Source of the DNA: Octopus bimaculoides
Taxonomy: Eukaryota
Direction: 5' to 3'
Assembly: GCF_001194135.2 (NCBI RefSeq)
Contig: NC_068987.1
Span: 30,884,734-30,921,391, forward strand
Length of the DNA stretch: 36,658 nucleotides
In this document: positions 11,841 through 22,901 of the stretch, piece by piece
Layout: the number at the start of each line of letters is the position of its first letter
Numbering within the stretch: the stretch's first letter is position 1
Translations under genes and position numbers: made by a program
Notes under the pieces: model-generated
What the model was told of the DNA's origin: nothing
Seen by the model: the letters and a program-made list of their open reading frames with translations, nothing else
Database searches by the model: none

Positions 11841-12943
11841 TTAGGTTGTTTCACATGAAATGTTATATTTGAAAGGAAACAATAAAATGCTTCAGCAGTG
11901 TTAGAGAACTGATTTAGTTAATTAAAGTATGATCCATGTTCATTTATGATGTTTACCCAATGTTTTTCTATGTCATATATTTCATCTTTAAAAAAAATTC
12001 ATCTTTTGCTATGATAAACTGTTCAAAGGCTTCAATTACTTCGTCTCTACTTAAGAATGTTTTATTGCTTATGAAAAGCTCAAAATGCTTAAATAAGTGA
12101 TAATCAGTAGGAGAGATATCAGGGGAATAGGGAGGATGTTGCAAAATCTCATAATTCAGACTTTTGGACCGTAGATTGAGGAATGTGAGGACATACATTG
12201 TCGTGGAGCAAAATTGGGCCATCTCTATTCACTAGTCTGGGTTGCTTCTTTTTCAAATTCTCATGCATGCAATCAATATCCTGGCAATACCATTTTACCT
12301 TGTTGCAAAAATGAATAATGAATAACTCCTTTCGCAGACTACCATTCAGTGACCACTAACATTTTAGGGTGCAATGGTGGGTTTGGGTAGTGACTCTCCT
12401 GCATCTAATCACTGTCCTGTTCTCCTGCTGTTGTCAAAACAGCATCCATTTCTCATCACACATAATGATTTGATGCTAAAATGGTCTTTTTCCAGTTGAG
12501 AAAGCAATAAGGAGGATACTTTGAGGTGTTTGATTTTTTGAATCTCATTCAGTTGATGTGGAACAAACCTATCTGTTTTTTTGACTTTTCCAATTTTTTA
12601 CAAGTATCCAAAGACAGTTGTGCAAGATGTTTGGAGTTCTGATGTAAGTTTTCAAACCTTTGTTCTCGGATTTTGTTCAACCAAAGCATTTAATCCATGC
12701 CGAATAACTGATTTTGGTCTAACACTTGGTTTATTTTCAAAGCTATCATCTCCTGAATGAGAGCTTTGGAAATATCTCTGAACAGTTCTGATGTTAACAA
12801 AGCCATTGCCAAAGGCTTGCTTGATATTCCACAGAACTTCTGTGGCAGAGTGACCCAGTTTGTACTCATACGAGAAAGTCACTCAACATAGTTTGGGTGT
12901 TATAATTTTCATAAGGTCTGTGGGTATGAATTTTGTAAACTAA
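11841..12943 (-). mobile_element. Degenerate mariner transposon (DD34D, Hsmar1/cecropia-like)
   Basis: TA|TTAGGTTG terminus; N-terminal YEYKLGHSATEVLWNIKQAFG...RTVQRYF; C-terminal LQHPPYSPDISPTDYHLFKHF; frameshifted. Confidence 0.85.
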
Positions 12944-12984
12944 TATTGTTGGGAAAGAAAAAAAATCAAGATTAAATGTAAGAT

Positions 12985-13145
12985 TCCACACTATGGGGTG
13001 GTTGGTGTTAAGACGGGTATCCAGCGGTAAAAACCATGCCAAAACAGACACAGTAGCCTGGTGTAGTTGTCTACCTGGCTGCCTCTGGTCAAACCATCCA
13101 ACCTATGCCAGCATGGAAGAAAGACGTTAAACGATAATGATAATT

Positions 13146-13183
<38 letters not shown>

Positions 13184-13190
13184 ATATATA
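12985..13190 (+). mobile_element. Family B-related 3' fragment with (GAT)n tail
   Basis: GTGGTTGGTGTTAAGACGGGTATCCAGC...GACGTTAAACGAT(GAT)n. Confidence 0.7.
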
Positions 13191-13213
13191 TATAATCTGA
13201 TTGTGCAGCTTAC

Positions 13214-13315
13214 CTCATAATTATCATTTCGTGCACATGCAATATGTAACGGAGTACGGCCTCCTAGAACTGACTTTGAATCTGGGCTTATGCTATCAAA
13301 TTGCCATTCGTCTCT
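13214..13315 (-). CDS. ANKMY1: ANKMY1-like exon, 34 codons, phase 0/0
   Basis: tttaaag|AGA...GAG|gtaagc. Reads RDEWQFDSISPDSKSVLGGRTPLHIACARNDNYE. The acceptor was chosen among tandem AGs by phase. Confidence 0.87.
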
Positions 13316-13549
13316 CTTTAAATTAAAGAAAAGTGAATATATTAGTGTAACGTAAACAGAATTATACCAAACATTGTATAATAGGAGTAGATATTTATTC
13401 TGCTATTACAATAATGAGCTCTGCTCCCTGCACCTATGGTTGTTCACTGAGTCAGTGTATCTCTATATATGAGATAGTGAGAAGATTTCTGGCTAGCTTA
13501 ATGTAACAGCATAATCTCTGTTAGCAAACTAACAACTGCATTCAAAATC

Positions 13550-13724
13550 AGGCACAGTGGTCGTGTAGTGCGAAGTTTGCTTCCCAACCACATAGTTCCA
13601 GTTTCAATTCCACTATGTGACATTTTTGGCAAGTGACTTTAGCTATAGCTCCAGATTGACCAAAGCTTTGTGAGTGGATTTGGTAGACAGAAACTGAAAG
13701 AAATCCGTCATACACACACGTGCA

Positions 13725-13766
<42 letters not shown>

Positions 13767-13775
13767 CACATACAC
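13550..13775 (+). mobile_element. SINE family A 5' half ending in (CA)n
   Basis: AGGCACAGTGGTCGTGTAGTG...GTGAGTGGATTTGGTAGACAGAAACTGAAAG. Confidence 0.7.
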
Positions 13776-13973
13776 ATTCAGAAATGTAACTGCACATGGA
13801 TTATAGGCGATTTTTTTCCTCCTTCCTTCTTCACTCTCTGCTATTTCATTTATCCTGTTTCCGAAGAAGAGCTACTCTTTTCTTTCTCTGAGCATCATAT
13901 CAATACATTGCTTGTGCTAAGTCTTCTTTTTTGTTTCTTTTGTTTTTTCTCTGTTTTTTTTTAATTAACTATA

Positions 13974-14001
<28 letters not shown>

Positions 14002-14004
<3 letters not shown>

Positions 14005-14899
14005 GTCGGTACTCAAAAGTAACTGGAAACATTCTCTGTGGGACAGGCCCATTGTAGCTCAGGCTACTGCTGCTAGAAGCCATTTGATGCAACCCTCAGG
14101 CATCAGTCTGCCAACCAGTAGTGTTGGGTGAAGTTGTACCGCCATGTGGTGTGTCTTTGTTTTGCAGTGCTTCTCTCTTGTTCATCGAGTTTTGTGGTGG
14201 CTGAAATGAAGGAACAGCATGCTTCTGTGAAATTCTGTTTTCTGATGGGCAAAATGGCAGCCGAAACAGTTGTCATGCATCAAACAGCTTACAATGACAC
14301 TGCCATGAGCAAAACACAGGTTTACAAGTGGTTCCCATGCTTTAGGAATGGTCACTTGACACTTGAAGACCAGCCTCGTTCATGGCGACTGTTGACCTCT
14401 CAAACAAATGAAGACATCACGAAAATTCATGAACTGATCTTGGAGGACCGTCACCAAACAACTGACAAACTTGTTGATGTGACTGGTATGTCCTGGAGCT
14501 CCTGCCAACGAATTTTGGGTGAGGAATTGCGAATGAAAAGTGTTGCAACAATATCTGAGCCTCGCTTGGTCGCAGAAGATAAAATGCAGACATGACTGAA
14601 AGCATGTTTTGAACTGAAAGAACAGTTGGGAGTTGATCCGGACCTTTTTTCAAAGATCATCACTGGTGATGAAAGCTGGTGCTATGGAATTTGCAGATGT
14701 GGAAGAGGTAAAGAAAAAAAAAAAATGACGGAGGCACTTTGCAAGAGTCCCAGCACTGCTCCGAACAGTGGAAAATGCATCTGGACTGATGCATTACTTC
14801 AAATAGAGAATACTTTGCAGGTGATAAAAGTGTAAATATGCAAAACTAAGTGAATAAAATAATATTGTAAGATTCCGGTTTCTTTTGGGTACCCCCTCA
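14002..14899 (+). mobile_element. Internally deleted mariner transposon
   Basis: TIRs GGTACTCAAAAGTAACTGGAA / reverse complement GGTACCCAAAAGAAACCGGAA; TA flanks; MKEQHASVKFCFLMGK...IITGDESWCYG joined to C-terminal EQWK..D*CITSNREYFAGD. Confidence 0.88.
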
Positions 14900-14903
14900 T
14901 ATA

Positions 14904-15717
14904 CAGGGTGCAATGGGTAAATTGTCACCATTTCATATTTTTAATTTCATGCATGGACATTGTTTGTTTTTGATTTTGTCAACTACACAGTATAATAGGG
15001 TCAGTTGGACACTGTTTGTGAGAAAAACAACACAAAGATGCAATTCACTCTGCCAGAAATTTGGAAACGACATGCTGTACTGCTTGGTATTTGCACTGGA
15101 AGCTCCAATAAGAATATTTCAGAGTGCTTAGATCTCAATCTGAGGACATGTACCAAAAGTGATAAAAATCAAACATCCAGTCAACATCATGGTGTTCGGA
15201 GTGATCACTAGTGATGGTGACATTATGCCTCCATTCATCTTACCACACGGCCCCACACTTAACACGGAGACCAGACCCTATGTATGGCAACAGGACTCCG
15301 CACCATGCCACACAAGCAGAAGAACCCAATCATGCTTGTCAGACAATTTCTGTGACTACATCACCCCTAGCATCTGGCCACTTAACTCCCCAGACTGCAA
15401 TCTCTTTGATTATTATATGTAGGGTGCAGTTGAGTGAGAGACCTACAAAACTTCTTGTAACATCAAAGATGGACAGAAGGCAAGGATTATGGCAGCATTC
15501 CCCAACTTAAACAAAGAGACTGTCCAGGAGAGCTGCAGGAGATTCCGAAGTCATCTAGAGGCCATGGATGAAGCCAATGGTGATTTTATTGATTAAATTT
15601 ACTCCTTAATATTTCAAGATATTTTTATGTAATTTTGGTAAATATATCTGTTAAAATGGGATGTCAGTGTTCTTTCATTTTTGTGTAATTTAGACAACAG
15701 TTTATTCCCCATACCTG
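14904..15717 (+). mobile_element. Internally deleted DD37D (maT) Tc1/mariner transposon
   Basis: TA|CAGGGTG...CCTG|TA; KHPVNIMVFGVITSDGDIMPP; QQDSAPCH...WPLNSPDCNLFDY with 37 residues between the 2nd and 3rd D. Confidence 0.85.
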
Positions 15718-15752
15718 TATATTCAAATATGAAATAAGCAACAGTAGTGTAA

Positions 15753-16000
15753 TAAGCATTATCAACTACATATAATTAATGCACATGCTTTGTGTATTTG
15801 CCGGTGGACTGTAATTTGGCACAGTGAAGAATACTCTCACAAAGCACTGGATGTTGAAATAGATGAAAGTCATTGTCTATGTCTTTCAGGTGTTTTACCA
15901 CCCAGCACTTTGGGAGAGTATTCTTCACTGTGCCAAATCACAAGCCCACCAGCAAATACACAAAGTGTGCGAATTAAGTATATGTAGTTGATAATGTTTA
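15753..16000. repeat. Fold-back inverted repeat (MITE-like), ~98-bp arms, ~50-bp spacer
   Basis: 15753-15850 pairs with 15902-16000, including the perfect core TTTGGCACAGTGAAGAATACTCTC. Confidence 0.85.
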
Positions 16001-16004
16001 TATA

Positions 16005-16054
<50 letters not shown>

Positions 16055-16059
16055 TACAC

Positions 16060-16415
16060 ATGTAAAAGTGCCTGTGTGGTGATATGTAGAAGTGCCTGTG
16101 TGGTGATATGTAGAAGTGCCCTTGTGACGTCACATAAAAATGTCTGTGTGACTCCATGTAAAAGTGCCACGTGAAAGTGCCTGTGCAGTGCCTCTTAAAA
16201 ACCCATGTGATGCCATGTAAAAGCACCCATGCAGCGCCACATTAAAGCATTCAGCACACTCTGTAAAGTGGTTGATGTTAGGAAGGGCATCCAACTGTAG
16301 AAACCATGCCAAAACAAACAAATGAGGGCTGGTGCAGCCTCCCAGCTTGCCAGCTCTCTTCACACCATCGAACCTATGTCAGTATAGACAACAGACGTTA
16401 AATGATGATGATGAT
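16060..16415 (+). mobile_element. Family B-related 3' end with expanded ~24-bp minisatellite (ATGTAAAAGTGCCTGTGTGGTGAT)
   Basis: About 8 degenerate units at 16060-16250, then GTGGTTGATGTTAGGAAGGGCATCC...GACGTTAAATGATGAT. Confidence 0.7.
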
Positions 16416-16418
16416 ATA

Positions 16419-17659
16419 CAGGGTGCGTAAGGTATTTGAAGACACCTTTTTTGGATCACTACTGCATTTTTTGCTAACTCTGTATAATCTTTGTTTCAGA
16501 AAATAATAATGGCAGACCCTCAGCTCACTCGAGAAATGAAGAGGCATACTGTTATTGTAGTTATAAAGGCTGAGCATAGCGATTTAGAAATATCTTGATT
16601 TTTAAAAGTTGCCAATCTTTCATCTACAAAGTTTGTAAGGAGTTAGAGACTGAAGATAGAAATGTATCACCAGTATCAAAGCATAAAAAGCATTCTAAAT
16701 ACTCTGAAATCATCAGAACACTTGAATTTATCCAGCAAGTTCAACAGACCATTGATTACAATCTTAGAAAGTCCATGAGGTGAATTGCAAAAGATCTCCG
16801 TGTGTCAGAAGGAACAATCAGAAATGTTGTCCACGAAGACATCAGATATAAGTCTTATATGATGAGGAAAGGTCAATTTGTCAAAAAAAGCAAAAGAAAA
16901 TCACTACATCAGATCTAAAAGGTTCTTAAACAACCTGAAAAATCTAGCAGAAGAAGATTTGATTTGGTTTTTCTTAAAACGAAAAATACTTCAACCAATA
17001 TCAAAAACTTAACAGAAGAAATGACAGATGGTTATGTGCAGACCCTTCTGAAGTTCTAAGTGTTATGCATATAAAATTCCCTGCAACTGTCATGGTTTTA
17101 GGGGTTGTCAGCAATGAAGGACATGTGATGCCTCCTTACTTCTTTCCACAAGGCCTTACATCAAGGTCCTGGAAGCAATTTTTAAGCCCTGGATAGGCAG
17201 TGTATGCAATGGAAGGTCATATGTGTTTCAGTGAGACTCTGTACTATCACACATGGCTCTAGTAACACAGGATGGTTGAAAATTTTTGTGATCACATAAT
17301 CCCTAACATTTGGCCTCCTAATTCCCCAGATCTCAATCTATTGGACTATTATGTGTGGAGTGTTGTTGAGAGAGAGGTCAATGAACACACCCATAACACC
17401 AAAGATTCTTTGAAAGCTGCCATAGTCAGAGTAATGTCCAAAATGAACCAGGACTACTTGATTCGAGCATGTAGATGATTTAGATCTCTTACAGAAGCAG
17501 TTGTTGAAGCTGAAGGTGGGTTTATTGAATAACGTTATAGAAAAGAAGGTTTATTTTTATCCTCATAGCATTTTTTGATAAATAAAGTTATTATCTGTTA
17601 TTAAATATCTGTTTTTTTTTATAAACATAAATCTGTCCTCAGATATCTTATACACCCTG
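16419..17659 (+). mobile_element. Near full-length (1241 bp) degenerate DD37D/maT-type transposon
   Basis: TIRs CAGGGTGCGTAAGGTATTTGAAGACA / reverse complement CAGGGTGTATAAGATATCTGAGGACA; KFPATVMVLGVVSNEGHVMPP; WPPNSPDLNLLDYYVWSVVE; stops and frameshifts. Confidence 0.88.
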
Positions 17660-17914
17660 TGTGTATANNNNNNNNNNCAATCAATCAACAGAAAAGAACA
17701 ATTACATCAACAGTAACCACCAGACATAGGCAGACGCATTCAGTAGTCTCATCTCCATGCTAATAATCTAGATTATTAGTATAGATTAGGCTGCTATTGC
17801 TAGCAGGTCAAGTGACCACACGGGAGATCTCTCAATGGTTTCACCATACTGCTAGTTTTCTCTTATGCTGCCCTACTTGTGGGTTTCACAAATACCAATA
17901 AATTCAAATGATGA

Positions 17915-18095
17915 ATATTGCTTTCAAATTTTGGCACACAACCAGCAATTTCATGGAGGGGGTAAATCAATTACATTGACCCCAGGGTTCAGCTGGTACT
18001 CATTTTATTGACCCCTAAAGGATGAAAGGCAAAGTCGACTATGGCAGAATTTGAACTCAGAATGCAAAGGCGGATGAAATACTGCTAAGCAAATG
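17915..18095 (-). mobile_element. SINE family C copy
   Basis: Reverse complement of 2585-2825. Confidence 0.7.
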
Positions 18096-18168
18096 ATAAT
18101 ATTAAAATCAACAACAACTACAACAAAACAACAGCAGGGAAAAAGAGAAAAAAATGATTCGGTCAGAC

Positions 18169-18309
18169 CAATGCAGTGTTCATGTAGGAGCCGTCAAGTG
18201 CAGCTCTTGCGTTGGCATCGGCGAGAGAATTAAGCAATAATTCCGTCATTTGAATTCCTTCCTTTCCGGGCATTCCACAGGCAACATGTAGAGGAGTGAC
18301 ACCTCCTTC
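18169..18309 (-). CDS. ANKMY1: ANKMY1-like exon, ankyrin repeat, 47 codons, phase 0/0
   Basis: ttttag|GAA...TTG|gtctga. Reads EGGVTPLHVACGMPGKEGIQMTELLLNSLADANARAALDGSYMNTAL (TPLH ankyrin motif). Not in the ORF track. Confidence 0.9.
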
Positions 18310-18409
18310 CTAAAAGAAGACAGGAGAAAATGGTGCTATGTTAAATAAGGAAACCTTATTGACATTCTGTTAACCTTATTCGAAAAAATATTAAACTGTC
18401 AAGAGAACT

Positions 18410-19350
18410 ACATATCCATTGTTGTTGGTACTCTGTCGCTTACGACGTCGAGGGTTCCAGTTGATCCGATCAACAGAACAGCCTGCTCGTGAAATTAACG
18501 TGCAAGTGGCTGAGCACTCCACAGACATGTGTACCCTTAACGTAGTTCTCGGGGAAGATTCAGCATGACACAGTGTGACAGGGCTGACCCTTTGAATTAC
18601 AGGCACAACAGAAACAGGAAGTAAGAGTGAGAGAAAGTTGTGGTGGAAGAGTACAGCAGGGTTCGCCACCACCCTCTGCCGGGAGAGTTGAAAATACTGG
18701 AGAAAATTTGCCAATGACCTATACACCATAGGNNNNNNNNNNNNNNNNNNNNNNNNNNNNNNNNNNNNNNNNNNNNNNNNNNNNNNNNNNNNNNNNNNNN
18801 NNNNNNNNNNNNNNNNNNNNNNNNNNNNNNNNNNNNNNNNNNNNNNNNNNNNNNNNNNNNNNNNNNNNNNNNNNNNNNNNNNNNNNNNNNNNNNNNNNNN
18901 NNNNNNNNNNNNNNNNNNNNNNNNNNNNNNNNNNNNNNNNNNNNNNNNNNNNNNNNNNNNNNNNNNNNNNNNNNNNNNNNNNNNNNNNNNNNNNNNNNNN
19001 NNNNNNNNNTAAGGAAACCTTATTGACATTCTGTTAACCTTATTCGAAAAAATATTAAACTGTCAAGAGAACTACATATCCATTGTTGTTGGTACTCTGT
19101 CGCTTACGACGTCGAGGGTTCCAGTTGATCCGATCAACAGAACAGCCTGCTCGTGAAATTAACGTGCAAGTGGCTGAGCACTCCACAGACATGTGTACCC
19201 TTAACGTAGTTCTCGGGGAAGATTCAGCATGACACAGTGTGACAGGGCTGACCCTTTGAATTACAGGCACAACAGAAACAGGAAGTAAGAGTGAGAGAAA
19301 GTTGTGGTGGAAGAGTACAGCAGGGTTCGCCACCACCCTCTGCCGGGAGA
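18410..19350 (-). mobile_element. SINE family D, 5'-truncated, present twice (18410-18690 and 19075-19350) across an N-gap
   Basis: Reverse complement of 9100-9351; the two copies are identical. Confidence 0.8.
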
Positions 19351-19606
19351 GTTGAAAATACTGGAGAAAATTTGCCAATGACCTATACACCATAGGGAGC
19401 AAATGGTTTGAGTAAGTAACTATTATAGTTACAAATATCTGACAGAAATTGCATCACTACATACTTATGTATGTCAACATATTTCTACAAGGGGTGTTCA
19501 TTACAGATTTCCCATGTCACATTGTAAATTGCAGCTTACCACTGGAATTCACTTGTCTTTTATGGCTGCTGAAGTGGACTAAGGTGTTATAACTGAAGCA
19601 GTCGAA

Positions 19607-19765
19607 TGCAGATCAGTGAGTAGGTTCTTATATTTGAATGGTCATACACTAAAAGAGATTTTCGATGAGATGAAAGAAGTTTATGGTGACAATGCACCAT
19701 CATACAGTATAGTCAAGCCCTGGCATCGACAATTCAAATGTGGTCGGACATTGATGGAAACGGCT
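19607..19765 (+). pseudogene. Mariner transposase N-terminal HTH fragment
   Basis: CRSVSRFLYLNGHTLKEIFDEMKEVYGDNAPSYSIVKPWHRQFKCGRTLMETA. Confidence 0.75.
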
Positions 19766-20471
19766 GTCTTTCTGGAATAACACCAGACCATGTACTAGTA
19801 GGAAGATGTAGTATATCCAAAGCAAAAGATATATGTAGATGTTACTTTGATGACTGGCTCTTTAGGTTTGCTCAGCTAGGTTTAGCTTGGGTTAAATGGC
19901 AAAGATATGTAAATCTCCACTTGTCCTGTGACTGACTACTTATGTCTGCTTGGACAAGATTGACTTGGGTTTAAACAATAAATTCAATTGCTGTTTTATT
20001 AATTAACATTAGAAAAAGAAAAGGCAAAGTCAATGTTGGTAGAACTAAAACTCAGAACAAGTCTAGACAAAACTATTTATCGGATACTCTGTTGTTTCTT
20101 TGATTTAAGGGGTTGTATGAAGTATTGGATGGCTGGTAAATAATACCAATTTTGAAATGAGCAATTTGAGTAGTTTAGGAAGGTGTTTTAAACTGAATGT
20201 TTTTCTGAGGCTCTGGTGCTTTATAAGTTCGCTTCCATGTGAAGATAACAGAAAGGTTGTGATGGATAATTGCAAGGTTGAAAATGGAATTTCAATTGTT
20301 AAAATATATTGCTTGGAAACAAGTGTGGGTTGGTAATAGGAAGGGCATCTCACTGTACAAATCTGCCTCAACAAATACTAACTGAGCCACACACACACTA
20401 TGAAAATGATTAAACTACAAAAATTATGATGGATATTTTGAGTTGAAATGTAATAAAAAAATTAAAATAAA

Positions 20472-20966
20472 ACAGCTAGCCACCTACACTTTTCTCTGCA
20501 AAATAGGGATAGTTTATCTTGTTCAGGCTATATCATTAGCATTATTCTGCGATTGAGAATTTAAAATCACTTCTTTAACTTTCTAAAAGACATCTCAACG
20601 CTTCTAAAAGCAAAACTTTGTTTGTTTATTTACGTTTGTTGTAATTTGAATTTAACATATGAGAGCGTCTCATAAAGCGAGATTTATATATCTTAATATG
20701 CAGAGGAATTTGTAGTGGGTAGTTTAGCTTAATCGGTCAAAGCATCGTGACATGTAATCACTGGGATGTGAGTTTGTGTCCACAGCTAGCCACCTACACT
20801 TTTCATTGCAAAATAGGGATAGTTTATCCTGTTCAGGCTATATTATTAACATTATTCTGCGATTGAGAATTTAAAAAAATCACTTCTTTAACTTTCTAAA
20901 AGACATCTCAACACTTCTAAAAGCAAACTTCGTTTGTTTATTTACGTTTGTCGTAATTTGAATTTA
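20472..20966 (+). repeat. Direct repeat pair (~184 bp; 20472-20654 and 20782-20966; period 310 bp)
   Basis: Both copies begin ACAGCTAGCCACCTACACTTTTC and end GTAATTTGAATTTA. Confidence 0.9.
20717..20792 (+). tRNA. tRNA-like sequence, anticodon TGT (Thr); probably a pseudogene or repeat head
   Basis: Acceptor GGGTAGT/GCTAGCC (one mismatch), D-stem GCTT/AAGC, anticodon arm GTGA-CATGTAA-TCAC, degenerate T-loop (TTTGTGT). Confidence 0.5.
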
Positions 20967-21199
20967 GAATATAACTGATTTTAATTTAAGTGAAAATAAT
21001 TATAATTTCTCTGGGCTCAGGTGTTATGGTTATGCAGCTATACAAGTGAAATAAAGCAGATTTCTAATGGCTTACTCTTCAGAAACCTTCAATGCAACCA
21101 ACATTAGTGTGATTTGTCTGTGTAGTAGTGATATATCAGAAAACAAAACATTATATGAAAGTAGCTTTTGATATAGGGAAAAAAAAAACATTAACTTAC

Positions 21200-21371
21200 C
21201 GCATCTGAGAGACTGAATGAAGTGGATGCATTCTTCAACAAAAGTGTCCTCACCATTTCTACATCAGATGCTCTAATAGCAAAGTACAGAACTGGCCATG
21301 GGTAGTAAGCAGCATTAGGATCAGCTCCACGCTGTAGGAGTAGGTTAACGCATGTTCGGTACTTGTTGTCG
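21200..21371 (-). CDS. ANKMY1: ANKMY1-like exon, ankyrin repeat, 172 bp, phase 2/0
   Basis: tctcag|C GAC...GCG|gtaagt. Reads DNKYRTCVNLLLQRGADPNAAYYPWPVLYFAIRASDVEMVRTLLLKNASTSFSLSDA (cf. human [38 protein letters not shown], from memory). Phase matches the upstream exon. Confidence 0.92.
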
Positions 21372-21477
21372 CTGAGAAGATAATTATAGCCATAACCAGA
21401 AATTAAAAGCACAGTTTGAAACAATGTAATACAATAATATAATCATGTCAAATTCAAGAGAAGGCTTCAGCATTGCC

Positions 21478-21885
21478 ACTCTTTACTCTTTTACTTGTTT
21501 CAGTCATTTGACTGCGGCCATGCTGGAGCATCGCCTTTAGTCAAGCAAATTGACTCCAGGACTTATTCATTGTAAGCCTAGTACTTATTCTATCAGTCTC
21601 TTTTGCTGAACCACTAAGTTATAGGGACGTAAACACACGACCATTGGTTATCAAGTGATGTTGGGGGGACAAATACAGACACACGAACATGTACACACAC
21701 ATACATATATATACATATATATGATGGGCTTCTTTCAGTTTCTGTCTACCAAATCTACTCACGAGGCTTTGGTTGGCCTGAGGCTATAGTAGAAGACACT
21801 TGCCCAAGGTGCCATGCAGTGGGAATGAACCCGGGACCATGTGGTTGGTAAGCAAGCTCCTTACCACACAGCCACCGCTGTGCCT
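21478..21885 (-). mobile_element. SINE family A copy, full length
   Basis: Matches 9695-10102. Confidence 0.85.
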
Positions 21886-22901
21886 GATGACTTTTTTCTA
21901 CTTTTCTTGGTTCTGGGTTGTTCTCTCTCAGGTCTGGCCCTACACTAATCTATTTTTTACCTCTGGAGCTGGCAAGCGAGAGGATTGCACCAGGTTCCAT
22001 TGTCTGCTTTGACATGGTTTCTATGGCTGAATGCCCTTCCTAATGCCATCTACTTTACAAAGTGTATTGGGTGCTTTTTATGTGGCACCAGCATCGGTGA
22101 GTTCACCAAACAACTTGCAAAATAAACTGGGATGGGGAGTAGTATTGAGAGAGGTGACTTTGTGCCAGTTAAGAGGTGAAAGTATAGCAGAGAGGAATAG
22201 AAATATGTATCTAGAGGGGATATTGGGCTGCCCCAATTGGAGAAGAAAGGAGAGAGATAGAGTTAGAGAGAATGGGAGAGAGAAAGAAAGAGAGAGAGAG
22301 AGAGAATTGTAGAGATGCCCACAAGGTACAGTGTGGGTGAATTGTTGTATCAAAATGAACATGATCTGGTCAATTACTGATGATGCCATTAAAGAAACTG
22401 ATCACTCACACATCTGGCAAACAGGATCTTATCAGTAAGTTATTTTTCTTTGCAGTTCCTTTTTTCATTCTTTTACCACAAACAAGCAGTGGTACAAACA
22501 CTCATCATGCTGCTGGACAGCCCATTCACACTTCCTTCTCAAACTAATTGTTGTGCTAAAATGATATTCTGTTGTAAATATCTTATCCATTGTTTGTAGT
22601 AATGACAATACCTTATTTATTAACAATAAAAGAAATATTTTTGCATTTAAAATCTCAACAGATTTTGTATTATTTCCATTTGCTTCAACTCACCCAGATC
22701 ATCACACTGGTGTCACACAGACAGAAATATTCTTAACATTACATATCTTTCTAAATTCTCAAAGAAATTCATTTTTTTTTTTTTTTTTTTGCTACAAGGA
22801 TCAATAAGATAAATGTAACCTGAGTAACAGAGTCAAATATCTATAACACCCTCCCTCACAAATTTCTGAATTTTTGTAAGCCACATGATAAGCCACACAT
22901 T

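Noticed and set aside
13855-13890. TTTCCGAAGAAGAGC resembling a hammerhead 5' core
   Set aside because: No matching stem II partner or GAAA downstream; at best a truncated relic.
16060-16250. Regularly spaced ~24-bp repeats suggestive of a CRISPR array
   Set aside because: Eukaryotic context, no unique spacers; a degenerate minisatellite within a retroelement 3' region.
19055-19402. 115-aa ORF present twice
   Set aside because: SINE D sequence within a gap-flanking duplication.
19530-19610. Minus-strand donor-like CAGTG|GTAAGC and a similar GAAGA|GTAAGC near 21075
   Set aside because: No ankyrin-like frame upstream, and the exon chain is already complete and in phase without them.
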